A DNA stretch of 64,000 nt from a virus, in IMG/VR virus record IMGVR_UViG_3300038455_000036, positions 6,038 to 70,037 of that record; one strand, written 5' to 3'. The stretch's first letter is position 1; each line of letters opens with the position of its first letter. A model generated the notes under the pieces. It searched no databases. It was given only the letters and a program-made list of their open reading frames with translations, and had not been told where the DNA came from. Shown here piece by piece: positions 53,890 to 63,314 of this stretch. Both the position numbers and the translations under genes were made by a program.

Positions 53890-54524
53890 CAATCTTATTA
53901 AGTATATATAATATAAATATAATAAAAAATAAATTTATTTATCATTTGTAGATAATTATGACAAACAAAAACTTGATTATCCCAAGCCTTTCATTGAGAT
54001 AAAATCGAGTTTTTGTTTTTGTTGACATTATTGCCAATATAAATTATTATCTTTGTAATAACAATCTAAACTTTAGTTTTGACTAACCAAAACAAAACTA
54101 GCCCCGTTAACTTCCTAGCAACTTGCTAGGTTTATTTTTTTTGCCTAAAAAGGTTGACTCGATTAACATAATATGTTAATGTAACTGAGTATCTTTAGTT
54201 GTAATTACAACTTATGTTTTCTGATATAAAGTAATTTTATTTTAAATATATAATTTATATGACAAATGTTGTAATGTTGGCGTAGAAATTATATATTTTT
54301 TATATGCAGAGATGCAACATAAAAAAACTGTTAAATACTTTAAAGGCTGGCATGTCCATACGTTAAAATCATTCTACCCTTATGCTAGCCTTATTTTTTT
54401 ATTGACAATTCTCAAAATATTCAATACAATTTTTGTGATATTATTAAAGCAATTATTTAATTTAAAAAATCATAGACCAATAAAAAAATAACCACTGGCC
54501 TTATATCACCAGTGGTTATTTTTT
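53886..54524 (+). ncRNA. Four tandem promoter-terminator units without ORFs (putative sRNA cluster)
   Basis: TTGACA/TTGACT at 53886, 54022, 54154 and 54402 with -10-like boxes; hairpin plus T-run ending near 54020, 54142, 54400 and 54524. Confidence 0.55.
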
Positions 54525-54627
54525 AACCGTATATTAATTTCCCGATAAAAACACAAAATATAATTCAATAATTTTAACCAAAAGAAAAAGAATAAATTTA
54601 TATTATCACTATTTTGTTGTTTGTCAA

Positions 54628-55182
54628 TTACTTAACATAAGTTCCTTGAACTCCACGTTTTTGTCTATTATTAGTCCTCTTCCTTAACCACATCAACGAT
54701 TCTTCTAATTTAGTTATAGCACAAGCATTTTCACGACATCTAAAATCGCTATTCTGAAAATTTTCAAGTCTGTTTATGCATATTGCAATAAGGTCTTCCA
54801 TAAAGATTCCGTTTAATCCTGTTTCTTTAATAGCACCTTCTTGAAAGTGTACTCCACATAAAATATCACCTTCGATACCTCTAATAATATAGTTATGAGG
54901 TGAATTAAAAGTATTGTTATCATGCTCAATGAATGTATTATCTGTTGTTATAAGATCACTCTTTATCGTTTTTAAATCTAATCCTGATTCGATATTAAGT
55001 TTCTTATAAGCTTTTTCAAACATTATCTTAGGGCTCCATGAAACATAGTTATCAGAATATCTTACTTTGTATCCTTCCATATCTTCAATTGTATTATCTG
55101 TTTTACCATATTTCTCAATTTCAAAAGTTTTCTTACTCATTTTTTCTGCTTCAATCATTTTTGTGCCTATGTATATATCCAT
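54628..55182 (-). CDS. tad1: Tad1-family anti-defence sponge with an extra N-terminal domain
   Basis: PHNY...FQEGAIKETGLNG..MEDLI.I...RL..FQ.S.F.CRENACAITKLEE.LMWL.KRT..R..RGV.GT matches the Tad1 signature. AAGGAG RBS precedes ATG 55182. Confidence 0.85.
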   Translation of the reverse strand: MDIYIGTKMIEAEKMSKKTFEIEKYGKTDNTIEDMEGYKVRYSDNYVSWSPKIMFEKAYKKLNIESGLDLKTIKSDLITTDNTFIEHDNNTFNSPHNYIIRGIEGDILCGVHFQEGAIKETGLNGIFMEDLIAICINRLENFQNSDFRCRENACAITKLEESLMWLRKRTNNRQKRGVQGTYVK

Positions 55183-55238
55183 TTCAATCTCCTTTAAATT
55201 TAATATAGCAACCATTTTAATTTTCTAAAAATTATTTG

Positions 55239-55715
55239 TCAAATAATAATAAGTTTTGATTTACAATTATTAACCATTTGCCTAATTTCTTCTTGAGAAT
55301 ATTCTTTCCCACTCAATTTTACATTATGTTCAACACATGCCCCAGGTTCCGTAAATTGCATTCCATCATCAGCTTCCCATACTCTCACTGTTTTTACTCC
55401 ACATTTAAAACATACTCTACGCCATTTTTCCTCAGTTGTATGCCCATCCCAATTTTTCTCAATCTGTGGCAAATCCCCAATATTGAAATCATCAGGAATA
55501 TGAAAACAATACTTACCTCTTTCAAGTGATATAACCCTTTTCCATCCATCAGTATCATAATACCAGCCAGATTCTTTCATACTCCCATATATTTCTTTGC
55601 TATGTAATTCATTCATCACATTTGCCAATAGCAACACTAACATATTTCTTTCCCAATATGCACCTTTAACTTGTTCTTCACAACTCATTCCTTCTTCGTA
55701 TACGTATATATCCAT
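55239..55715 (-). CDS. WDGH-motif domain protein
   Basis: AYWERNML...FHIP...NWDGHTTEEKWRR. Confidence 0.6.
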   Translation of the reverse strand: MDIYVYEEGMSCEEQVKGAYWERNMLVLLLANVMNELHSKEIYGSMKESGWYYDTDGWKRVISLERGKYCFHIPDDFNIGDLPQIEKNWDGHTTEEKWRRVCFKCGVKTVRVWEADDGMQFTEPGACVEHNVKLSGKEYSQEEIRQMVNNCKSKLIII

Positions 55716-55846
55716 TTATCAATCATCTCCCAATAATATTTTAAACAATTCCTTTAACGACCTAACTTTATATTTATTTTTAATCTTAGTCCATAAATTT
55801 CTATTGACTTTCAATTTTACAGTTTGTTCAAACCATGTAAATTTAA

Positions 55847-56230
55847 TTATTTTCCCTCCTTTATTGATTTTATATATAGTTCCGCTTCTTTTTTGGTTGT
55901 AAATTCTTTAACATCTTTAGGTATTCTTAATATATAATGCTCGCTGTCATAATTTATATCTTTAATCCCACTTCTATACATTGCATTATTTATATCAATA
56001 CCTTCTAATAAGTGTATTTCGTTTGATTCATAATACCCCGTTTGTTCTTCTGTATCTATTTTACAGACATAATACATTATCTTATTTTTATAACAATCAG
56101 GACATAAGTCAACTCCCTTGTATCTTAACTTTCCACATTTACATTTTAATTTTCCATTCTTTCCCCCAAGTATTTTAAACTTCTTTTCAGTATTCTTGTA
56201 AAATAAACTTGGTACACCTGTGTAATTCAT
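55847..56230 (-). CDS. Hypothetical zinc-finger protein
   Basis: CKCG...CPDC; AAGGAG RBS. Confidence 0.55.
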   Translation of the reverse strand: MNYTGVPSLFYKNTEKKFKILGGKNGKLKCKCGKLRYKGVDLCPDCYKNKIMYYVCKIDTEEQTGYYESNEIHLLEGIDINNAMYRSGIKDINYDSEHYILRIPKDVKEFTTKKEAELYIKSIKEGK

Positions 56231-56531
56231 TTTATTTATTCTCCTTTAAATAAATTTAAATAAAATTATCCCAAACTTTAATAAAAAAATCCACAAAAAT
56301 TTTAATACATTTTTTCTTGCTAATATTAAAATCACATTTCAATCAATCTCAATAAATTTATGTCGAGCAAGAAACTAAAATTTTTTAGCAAAACTCAAAC
56401 CTATATTTATTTTAAAAATATATTTGCTAAGTATGGTTTAAGCTGAAATAATTTTTCATTTGACAGTATGCTGGCATAGTGGTATAATTATATTTGTAAG
56501 GTAAATATTTTTTTGAAGGAGGGAGGAAAGT

Positions 56532-56690
56532 ATGGCAAAAATTACAATACCAATAAGCGAAATTAGTCATAATAACCTAAGAGAAATAAGTTACCTAACA
56601 AGAAAATCAATAAACAAGATTGTCAATGAAGTTTTAGAAACTTATTTACCTGACTACTTGAAAAGAGTAAAAGAAGAAAAGAAAGATTAA
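56532..56690 (+). CDS. Small ribbon-helix-helix regulator (52 aa)
   Basis: MAKITIPISEISHNNLREISYLTRKSINKIVNEVL; GGAGG RBS; TTGACA-N17-TATAAT at about 56460-56488; read manually. Confidence 0.7.
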   Translation: MAKITIPISEISHNNLREISYLTRKSINKIVNEVLETYLPDYLKRVKEEKKD

Positions 56691-56855
56691 ATTAAAGGGA
56701 TAGCACCACGCACCGCCTAAAGTAAATGGCACTATCCAAGTAACAACACCATAGGATATTGTTATGCATATAATTATAATATATCCCTCTGGTGTGAGTA
56801 AACAAGAATGTTTGTTTGTACTTTGAAAAATAAATAAAAACCAGGGGGAATTTTA

Positions 56856-58001
56856 ATGAAAAAATTTACAATTTTACATTTTAGTTTGTTAAGTTTGTCC
56901 TTACTATATAGTTTTATATTTTACAGTTCTATTGCAATAGAACTTGCAATAATGGCTATAATATTCGACTTAGTAAAACCAAGTATGTTTATTACAGCCT
57001 TACAAAGTAAAGGTATAAAGCGAAATGTATTTGGAATATTAGTTATAATCTTAGTTTCCTTCAATCTTCTTGCTATATCAAGCAGTTTTATAAACAAATA
57101 TAATAAAGAATCTTCTACTAAAACACTAAATAGCGAATATACAAAACAACAAGATAAATTAAAACAACTAAAATCAAATATTATAAGTATTGAGACTGAA
57201 TTAAATAGTTATCCAACACTAGAAGCATTTACATCAAAGTCTCCTAAATGGGAAGATAAAACACAGTTAAATCAAACTTGGCAGGACGGAAAGAAGGATA
57301 TTAATAACAGATTAACGACAGCACAACAAGAATACAATAAAGAATTATCTAAGAAAATAGCTAAATACAATGTTGTAAATAAAGATAATGGATATAATGC
57401 AATATTTACGGCATTAAGCCAAAAGCTAAATGTTAAAACATCTAACTTAGTCCTAGTGATATATATTCTATTTGCGATAATGCTAGAAATACTTATCTTT
57501 TATACTAAAACATTAAGTGTAAAAGAGCAAAAAAACTATATCAAGTCTACCGATGAAATGACTGCTGATTTAATAAAAGAAATGAATTATCAATTGCATT
57601 TAAAGCAGTTACAGGCACTTAAAAATAGTTTTGATGAAAATGTTGTTGTTGCAGTAAAAGAAATTGTAGAGCAACCAAAAAAACAAGTATTTCAACAAAT
57701 ATCCGAGCCAGATCCAGAGATAGAAACAAAATTGATCGAAGCTGATCTACAAGAAAATAGATTTCGAAAAAAAGTTGTAGAAATTGAGAACATTAAAAAA
57801 TATCTTGAATATCTCTTAGAAAATTCTGAAAATGACATTGCAATAGGCTATAAAAAAGTAGCCGAGGGATTGGGACTTACAGAAAGTGAAGCTTTAAGGA
57901 TATTCGATAAATTAAAGAAAAAAGAATATTTAGAAACAGAGGGCAAGAAGACTTTTATAAAAAAAGAAGAGTTTAACGAAAGTGATTTTGAGGAGGTTTG
58001 A
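56856..58001 (+). CDS. Membrane protein with coiled coil and C-terminal winged helix
   Basis: 3-4 TM segments; IGYKKVAEGLGLTESEALRIFDKLKK. Confidence 0.65.
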   Translation: MKKFTILHFSLLSLSLLYSFIFYSSIAIELAIMAIIFDLVKPSMFITALQSKGIKRNVFGILVIILVSFNLLAISSSFINKYNKESSTKTLNSEYTKQQDKLKQLKSNIISIETELNSYPTLEAFTSKSPKWEDKTQLNQTWQDGKKDINNRLTTAQQEYNKELSKKIAKYNVVNKDNGYNAIFTALSQKLNVKTSNLVLVIYILFAIMLEILIFYTKTLSVKEQKNYIKSTDEMTADLIKEMNYQLHLKQLQALKNSFDENVVVAVKEIVEQPKKQVFQQISEPDPEIETKLIEADLQENRFRKKVVEIENIKKYLEYLLENSENDIAIGYKKVAEGLGLTESEALRIFDKLKKKEYLETEGKKTFIKKEEFNESDFEEV

Positions 58002-58734
58002 ACATGGGATTATTAAAATTTCTGTTCGGTGAAGAAGATTGTTATTATCATCAAACTTTAAAAAATAGCAATATGACTAAAGATGAATTACTAGAAGCAA
58101 AGAAATTAAATCAAGAATGGCTAAAAGAAAGCAAAAAATATAAATTAGATAACTGTACAAAGCAACATAAGGAAAGTATAAACATCATAGATCAGTTATT
58201 AGGAGACAAAGAAAGTACACAAGATAAAAAAGAAAGTGGATGGAAATTCTGGTAAACGATATTGACTTATATAAACAATTTATGTAAATATTAATTAATG
58301 GGAGGTTGATAAAATGAGTGATAAAACATATGGAATTGAAGATAGATTCTGGGCTGAAAAATATAATATCCAATCTGTAGATGAGTTACAGATACTAAAG
58401 GAACATGGAGCGAAGTTCCTAGAAAAGAAAAGGGAAATAGATACTGAATATTCAGCATGGAGACACGAAAAAAATGAAAAAAGTTTTCAGAATTTTAAAA
58501 TACTTTTGCAAGTTATAATTTTTCCTGTAGGTTTGTATAACTTGCATAGAAAGAAAGTTAAATCATTGGAAACAATAATAATCAAGAAAGACAAGGAAAT
58601 TGAACGTTTAAAAACAGTTCATGAGAGTATTAAAAAGCAAAGGAATAGATATAAAGGTGGAAGTATAGAATGGCAAGACGAATTTTTAGAAGAAGAAATG
58701 ACAAAAATAGAAGAGGTAAAGGAGGCTTGATTAT

Positions 58735-59559
58735 ATGAAATTCTGTGTTGGTGTTAATGTTAGAACGCATGGAAAATATTATATTGATTTCAATGTCCAG
58801 AGCAATCTTCTTATAGGTGGTTGTCCTGGAAGTGGGAAAAGTGCGTTTATGGATTTATTGATTTATCAAGCTCTTAAATGCCAACACAATGTTATTATTG
58901 GTGATTTTAAAGGCTTAGACGTTCAAGAATATGAGTCAAAATGTAAGGTTGTTTATACTCATGAAGAATTAATAAATGCTTTAATATTTTTGCAAGCAGA
59001 ATTAAAACGCAGGGTAAAAATTTTTAGATCTGCAAAAGTAAAAAATATAACCCAGTACAATAGGAAGACTGGGACAAATATGAAAAGGTGGTTTCTTTTT
59101 ATAGACGAACTTGGAGAAGCCACCGAGATCATAGATGCAACTATAAAGCCCAATGAAAAAAAAGAGATGGAAAAAACAATTGATGGATTAATGAAAAGCT
59201 TAGCACGTTTAGGACGTGCTTTAGGTATTAATCTTATTTTTGGAACTCAACGACCAGATGTAGGCATCTTACAAGGGCAAACTAGGAGTCAATTTATTTA
59301 TAGAGTATGTTTCTTGGCTGATAGATACACTAGTCAAATAGTTCTTGATGATGTCATAGCAACGACTATAAATGAAAATTACAAAGGACGTTGCTATATC
59401 AGACGCAATATTTCATTTGATGAAGTTCAAGTATACTATTTGCCTGAAAAGTTAATCAGGACTTTGGAAGATAAAATTATTGATTTTAAGCAAAATTCAA
59501 AAAAAATTGCTGCTAAGAAAAAAAATATCGAAGTAGTAGAGTATGACTGGGATGAATGA
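58735..59559 (+). CDS. FtsK/SpoIIIE-family ATPase
   Basis: LLIGGCPGSGKS, DFKG, LFIDE, LARLGRALGI.LIFGTQRPD. Confidence 0.9.
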   Translation: MKFCVGVNVRTHGKYYIDFNVQSNLLIGGCPGSGKSAFMDLLIYQALKCQHNVIIGDFKGLDVQEYESKCKVVYTHEELINALIFLQAELKRRVKIFRSAKVKNITQYNRKTGTNMKRWFLFIDELGEATEIIDATIKPNEKKEMEKTIDGLMKSLARLGRALGINLIFGTQRPDVGILQGQTRSQFIYRVCFLADRYTSQIVLDDVIATTINENYKGRCYIRRNISFDEVQVYYLPEKLIRTLEDKIIDFKQNSKKIAAKKKNIEVVEYDWDE

Positions 59560-59870
59560 CAATTTTATTTAGGGAAGTAATCGGCTACATGTTAAATTAT
59601 TCCAACCTTGAAAGCCGCTAAAACAGCGACTTTATTTTTTAAAAATTTCGATTTGCTTTGGTCGAATTTTGGTGGCTGAATTGGTTGGTATGAGTGGAGC
59701 GAGTGGCAGTTTAATATTAGGGTTGTAATAAGTATATATTTATATAAATATATACTAGCGAGCGGGCGAGCTTTGAGCGAAGCGAAAAATTTTCGGACGA
59801 AGGACGATAAATTTTGAGTAAGTGATAAGACGAACGGGCGCACTAATAAACCCTGCTCAGGAGGTAAAAT

Positions 59871-60557
59871 ATGACGAATAACACGAAAAAACTATATTTA
59901 GCGAGATTAAAAAAGTTTTTTGATTTTGAAAAAAATGAAATTTATTTTGAAAAAGTCGAAAATAAATCAAAAAATTATATTTGCCAAATTCGGGCAGCTG
60001 TTAAGTATTATTTTAAGTCTAAAGGAATGTTTTACCATGATGACAAATTAAATAATATGTTTTATAATGCTAGTAAAGGCAAAAAAAAGAAAAAAGAAGA
60101 ATTGCAATTAAAAACTGTTATACACAAAATCAACGCAATTCGCAATAAAAAGTTAAAAACTTTGTTCAAATTGCAGATGATATCAGGATTAAGAGTTGAG
60201 GAAATATCAAAATTGGATTTAAAAAAAGATGTTGAATACATAAGTAATAATAGACTTGTTTTGTTTGTACACGGCAAGGGAGATAAGGAGAGAAAAATTA
60301 AAACTTTGCCAGATAAGTATGTTTTTGAAAATCTTAAATTAATTGATAAACCATACTCACACAAAACAATAATAAATAAATGTTGTCAATATGGTATGAG
60401 TACCCATGATTTCAGAAGGGTATTCGCTCAGATTGTTTATTATAGAACTGGTGACAAAGAATTAGTAAGGAAACTATTGGGTCATGAAAAAATAAAAACA
60501 ACGGAAATTTATTTAAAACGGGATATAAATTTTTATGGTACGAAATGGGATTTTTAG
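59871..60557 (+). CDS. Tyrosine recombinase
   Basis: SGLRVEEI, GKGDKER, HDFRRVFA, LLGH...TTEIY. Confidence 0.9.
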   Translation: MTNNTKKLYLARLKKFFDFEKNEIYFEKVENKSKNYICQIRAAVKYYFKSKGMFYHDDKLNNMFYNASKGKKKKKEELQLKTVIHKINAIRNKKLKTLFKLQMISGLRVEEISKLDLKKDVEYISNNRLVLFVHGKGDKERKIKTLPDKYVFENLKLIDKPYSHKTIINKCCQYGMSTHDFRRVFAQIVYYRTGDKELVRKLLGHEKIKTTEIYLKRDINFYGTKWDF

Positions 60558-60797
60558 GGAGGTTGATAAAATTGGCTAGTAAGTGGGACATAAAGAAAAA
60601 GAATAATGAATATTGGCAGATTACGCCAACACCAGAAGACGATATGTTGTGGCCTTGTGCAATGATTTTGATTGTATTATTTATTTATTTAAAATATCCA
60701 GTAGTATTTCAAATAGTGCAGGAATTTATAAATAAAATTTTTTAACCCTTCGGGGTTATTTTTTTGTGGTAAAATAATAAAATCGAGGTGAAAAATT

Positions 60798-62020
60798 ATG
60801 GATGAAAATAAAAAAATAGTTGATGATCTTATAAATAAATTAAACTTGGCTAAAGATTATATATTACAAAATTTAGAAAATATTGAATTTGCAACATGTT
60901 TTGATGATGTTGTAAAAGATGGAAAATTAACATATTATATTGGCTTTGAAAATGGTAAGGATATCCACTTCGAAACAAAAATAATAGGTTCAATAACTTT
61001 TATGGATTTTTCGGAATGCAAAAATGTTGATGAAAAGTTAATACAAGATATAATTCAAGATTCAGAAAAAAATCGAGGTGATAATTTTGGCGAGCAGAGG
61101 TAAAATAAAAAAATTACTCAGAGAACAAAGAGAAGCGGAAGAAAATGAATTAAAAGAGTCTATGTATAATGCTTTAGACGATTATATGAATTCAGAAATG
61201 GGCAAAATATTTAGTTCTGGAAGTGAAAATAATTATACATCTACTAACAACTATGTTGACAATTCAAATTTGTGCGATAACAAAGAATTTAAAAGATTGC
61301 TAGAAAATAGATCCCCATTGTTTGGGTACGAAATAATAAAAATTAACAAATGTTATATTCCTAATTTTTACAAAGGTAACAAGCGAAAATATAAGTCAAA
61401 ATCATTGAAATTGGCTAAAATTAATTGTGCTAAAAAATTTAAATTAGTGCCAAATAAAGTTATTGTAAATCACGTGCATAAAGTAATATATGCACCAGCG
61501 AACATATACGATAAAATAAAAAATTATTTTTAAGAGGTGAAAAATATGTGTAAATGCAATCCAAATATACGAAGTATATATTGCAGTAAATGTGATCCAA
61601 GGCAACCAAAAATAACTAAAGGCTATGAAGTAATTTTAAAACTCTTGAATATTGGTGGGATTAATGATATTAGTATAAAAATAAATGGCGTAGAATACAA
61701 CAATAATGACATTGAATGGAATGATGTAATAATAAATAGTGACAAAATAACTTTTATGATTCCCCATCTTGAAACTAATCAAGAATATATACAAAGGCGA
61801 GGTGATAATTTTGGCGTGTATTAACAAAGAAGTTCAAGAATTAGCACAATCAACTATATTCTCGTATAACGATGTATTATCTTTATACGACCATTACAGA
61901 AGCATAGATATGGTAGAATATGTATGTACATTTTTAGCATTACATGCATTATCCGCCAGTTGGCTTATGTATGAAATATCGAGAGGAAGAGACCCATTTG
62001 AAAAAGTTATTTTTTATTGA
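60798..62020 (+). CDS. Four short hypothetical accessory genes (60798-61103, 61078-61533, 61537-61824, ~61803-62020)
   Basis: Overlapping ORFs; CGAGGTGATAATTTTGGCG recurs at the junctions near 61075 and 61799. Confidence 0.5.
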
Positions 62021-62118
62021 CCATTTTCGGGAGATTACGAAAATGGTTTTAAACTTTTTGTTGACAAAAGCAAAAATGTATATGTAAAATATATAATTAT
62101 TCTACAAAGGAGATAATT

Positions 62119-62844
62119 ATGGATAAATTAAATCAAGTTGTTGCAGTAGAAAAGGGCATAAAATCTAGATCATACGCAGAAATCACAAATTTACATAAAG
62201 CAAATCAAAAGCCAGACAATTTCAACGGCTTTGTAAAGCAATACAGTCCAGTTAATGAAGATGGAGAAACCTTGCCAAGTGAGTCAAAAAAGGTTTTAAT
62301 GAATGTTGATGAATCTCTAAATGGATTGAAAAAGGCTTTATCTGATTTGCTAGATATATCTTTAACAAAAGATATAGGTAACTGTAAAGCATTTAGTGAT
62401 TTAACTATTGGAGATAGTCAAATAAGTGTACCAGCTACATTTTTATTATTCCTTGAAAAACAAATTGTTGATATAAAAACTTTTGTTACTAATTTGCCTG
62501 TCCTTGATGGAAATGAGGACTGGACAAAGGATGATAATATAGGATTATACAAAAGCAATCCTACAAAAACTCATAGAACTAAAAAGACTGTAAAGCCTAT
62601 TGTGTTGTATGATGCAACAGATAAGCATCCAGCACAATGTCAGTTAATCAATGAAGATGTGACAGTAGGATATTGGCACGTTACCAAAAATTCTGGTGCT
62701 ATACCCGAAAATCGTAAAAAGGAAATCCTAAACAGGATTGAAGAATTTTCCGATCAGGTTAAAAAAGCACGTGAAAAAGCAAATATGGTTGAAGTAGAAA
62801 ATAAAGAAATTGGATTATTGTTATTCAATTATCTTTTTAAATAA
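62119..62844 (+). CDS. Conserved uncharacterised protein (241 aa)
   Basis: Own TTGACA promoter (62061) and AAGGAG RBS. Motifs KLNQ.VA.EKG, P.T.LLFLEKQ, RTKK, ATDKHPAQ and G.W.....SGA are recalled from a widespread bacterial/phage family (possibly DUF7873, unverified). Confidence 0.75.
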   Translation: MDKLNQVVAVEKGIKSRSYAEITNLHKANQKPDNFNGFVKQYSPVNEDGETLPSESKKVLMNVDESLNGLKKALSDLLDISLTKDIGNCKAFSDLTIGDSQISVPATFLLFLEKQIVDIKTFVTNLPVLDGNEDWTKDDNIGLYKSNPTKTHRTKKTVKPIVLYDATDKHPAQCQLINEDVTVGYWHVTKNSGAIPENRKKEILNRIEEFSDQVKKAREKANMVEVENKEIGLLLFNYLFK

Positions 62845-62846
62845 AA

Positions 62847-62980
62847 TTTTGAGACAAGCTGAGATTAAGATTTAAGTTAAATAAAAATATGTTTTGTGGG
62901 TTCGAGTCCTACCCTTCGTATTGTGCGAAGGTGGCGTAATGGCAAACGCACATATTATCAAGTTTAAGTTATTCTCAAAA
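62847..62980 (+). ncRNA. Circularly permuted tRNA-like RNA domain 1
   Basis: AATATG, T-arm GTGGG-TTCGAGT-CCTAC, acceptor CCTTCGT/GCGAAGG closed by a loop, TG, D-arm GCGT-AATGGCAA-ACGC, CATATT; outer stem TTTTGAGA/TCTCAAAA. Confidence 0.85.
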
Positions 62981-62986
62981 AGCTCA

Positions 62987-63152
62987 GTATTGCTATGGTT
63001 GTTAAATCAAGTTCTACTAAATTTATATATCAGTCGCAAGTTCAAATCTTGTCATTCGCTTTAAATGTGCGAATGTAGCTCAGTGGCCAGAGCGGATATA
63101 CTAAGACTTAAAATAGTAGATTAAACGCCGTTAACAACATAAATCATAGTAC
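62987..63152 (+). ncRNA. Circularly permuted tRNA-like RNA domain 2
   Basis: TATATC, T-arm GCAAG-TTCAAAT-CTTGT, acceptor CATTCGC/GCGAATG, TA, D-arm GCTC-AGTGGCCA-GAGC, GATATA; outer stems TCTACTA/TAGTAGA, GTTGTTAA/TTAACAAC and CTATGGT/ATCATAG. Confidence 0.85.
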
Positions 63153-63189
63153 TTTTTAAATTAATACAATTTGACTGTATTAAATGCAG

Positions 63190-63220
63190 AGGTGGCACAT
63201 TGGATAAGTGTCACCTTTTT
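63190..63220 (+). terminator. Intrinsic terminator closing the ORF241-ncRNA cassette
   Basis: AGGTGGCAC-N9-GTGTCACCT-TTTT. Confidence 0.8.
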
Positions 63221-63314
63221 ATGCCCAAAAATAGTTTTTTCTTTGCCATTTAAATCAATTCTGTGTGTTTTGAGAATAAAATTTTTTATGCTAAAATAAA
63301 TCTGAGGTGAAATT

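Noticed and set aside
53962-53977. Near match of spacer 1 reverse complement (CAAACAAAACTTGAT) to the first sRNA-like hairpin
   Set aside because: Needs a gap and is low-complexity AT-rich sequence; likely chance.
62956-62967. TATCAAGTTTAA in the tRNA-mimic RNA is complementary to 12 nt of the Cas12f repeat
   Set aside because: Short and AT-rich, and explained by the local YAAG motif series; insufficient to claim a second tracrRNA.
62886-63100. Ordinary tRNA genes, including reading the D-arm of unit 1 with the T-arm of unit 2 as one intron-containing tRNA
   Set aside because: GCGAAGG/CATTCGC would pair with a mismatch and the anticodon stems would not match, whereas each permuted unit pairs fully internally. 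No anticodon loop or CCA end is present.
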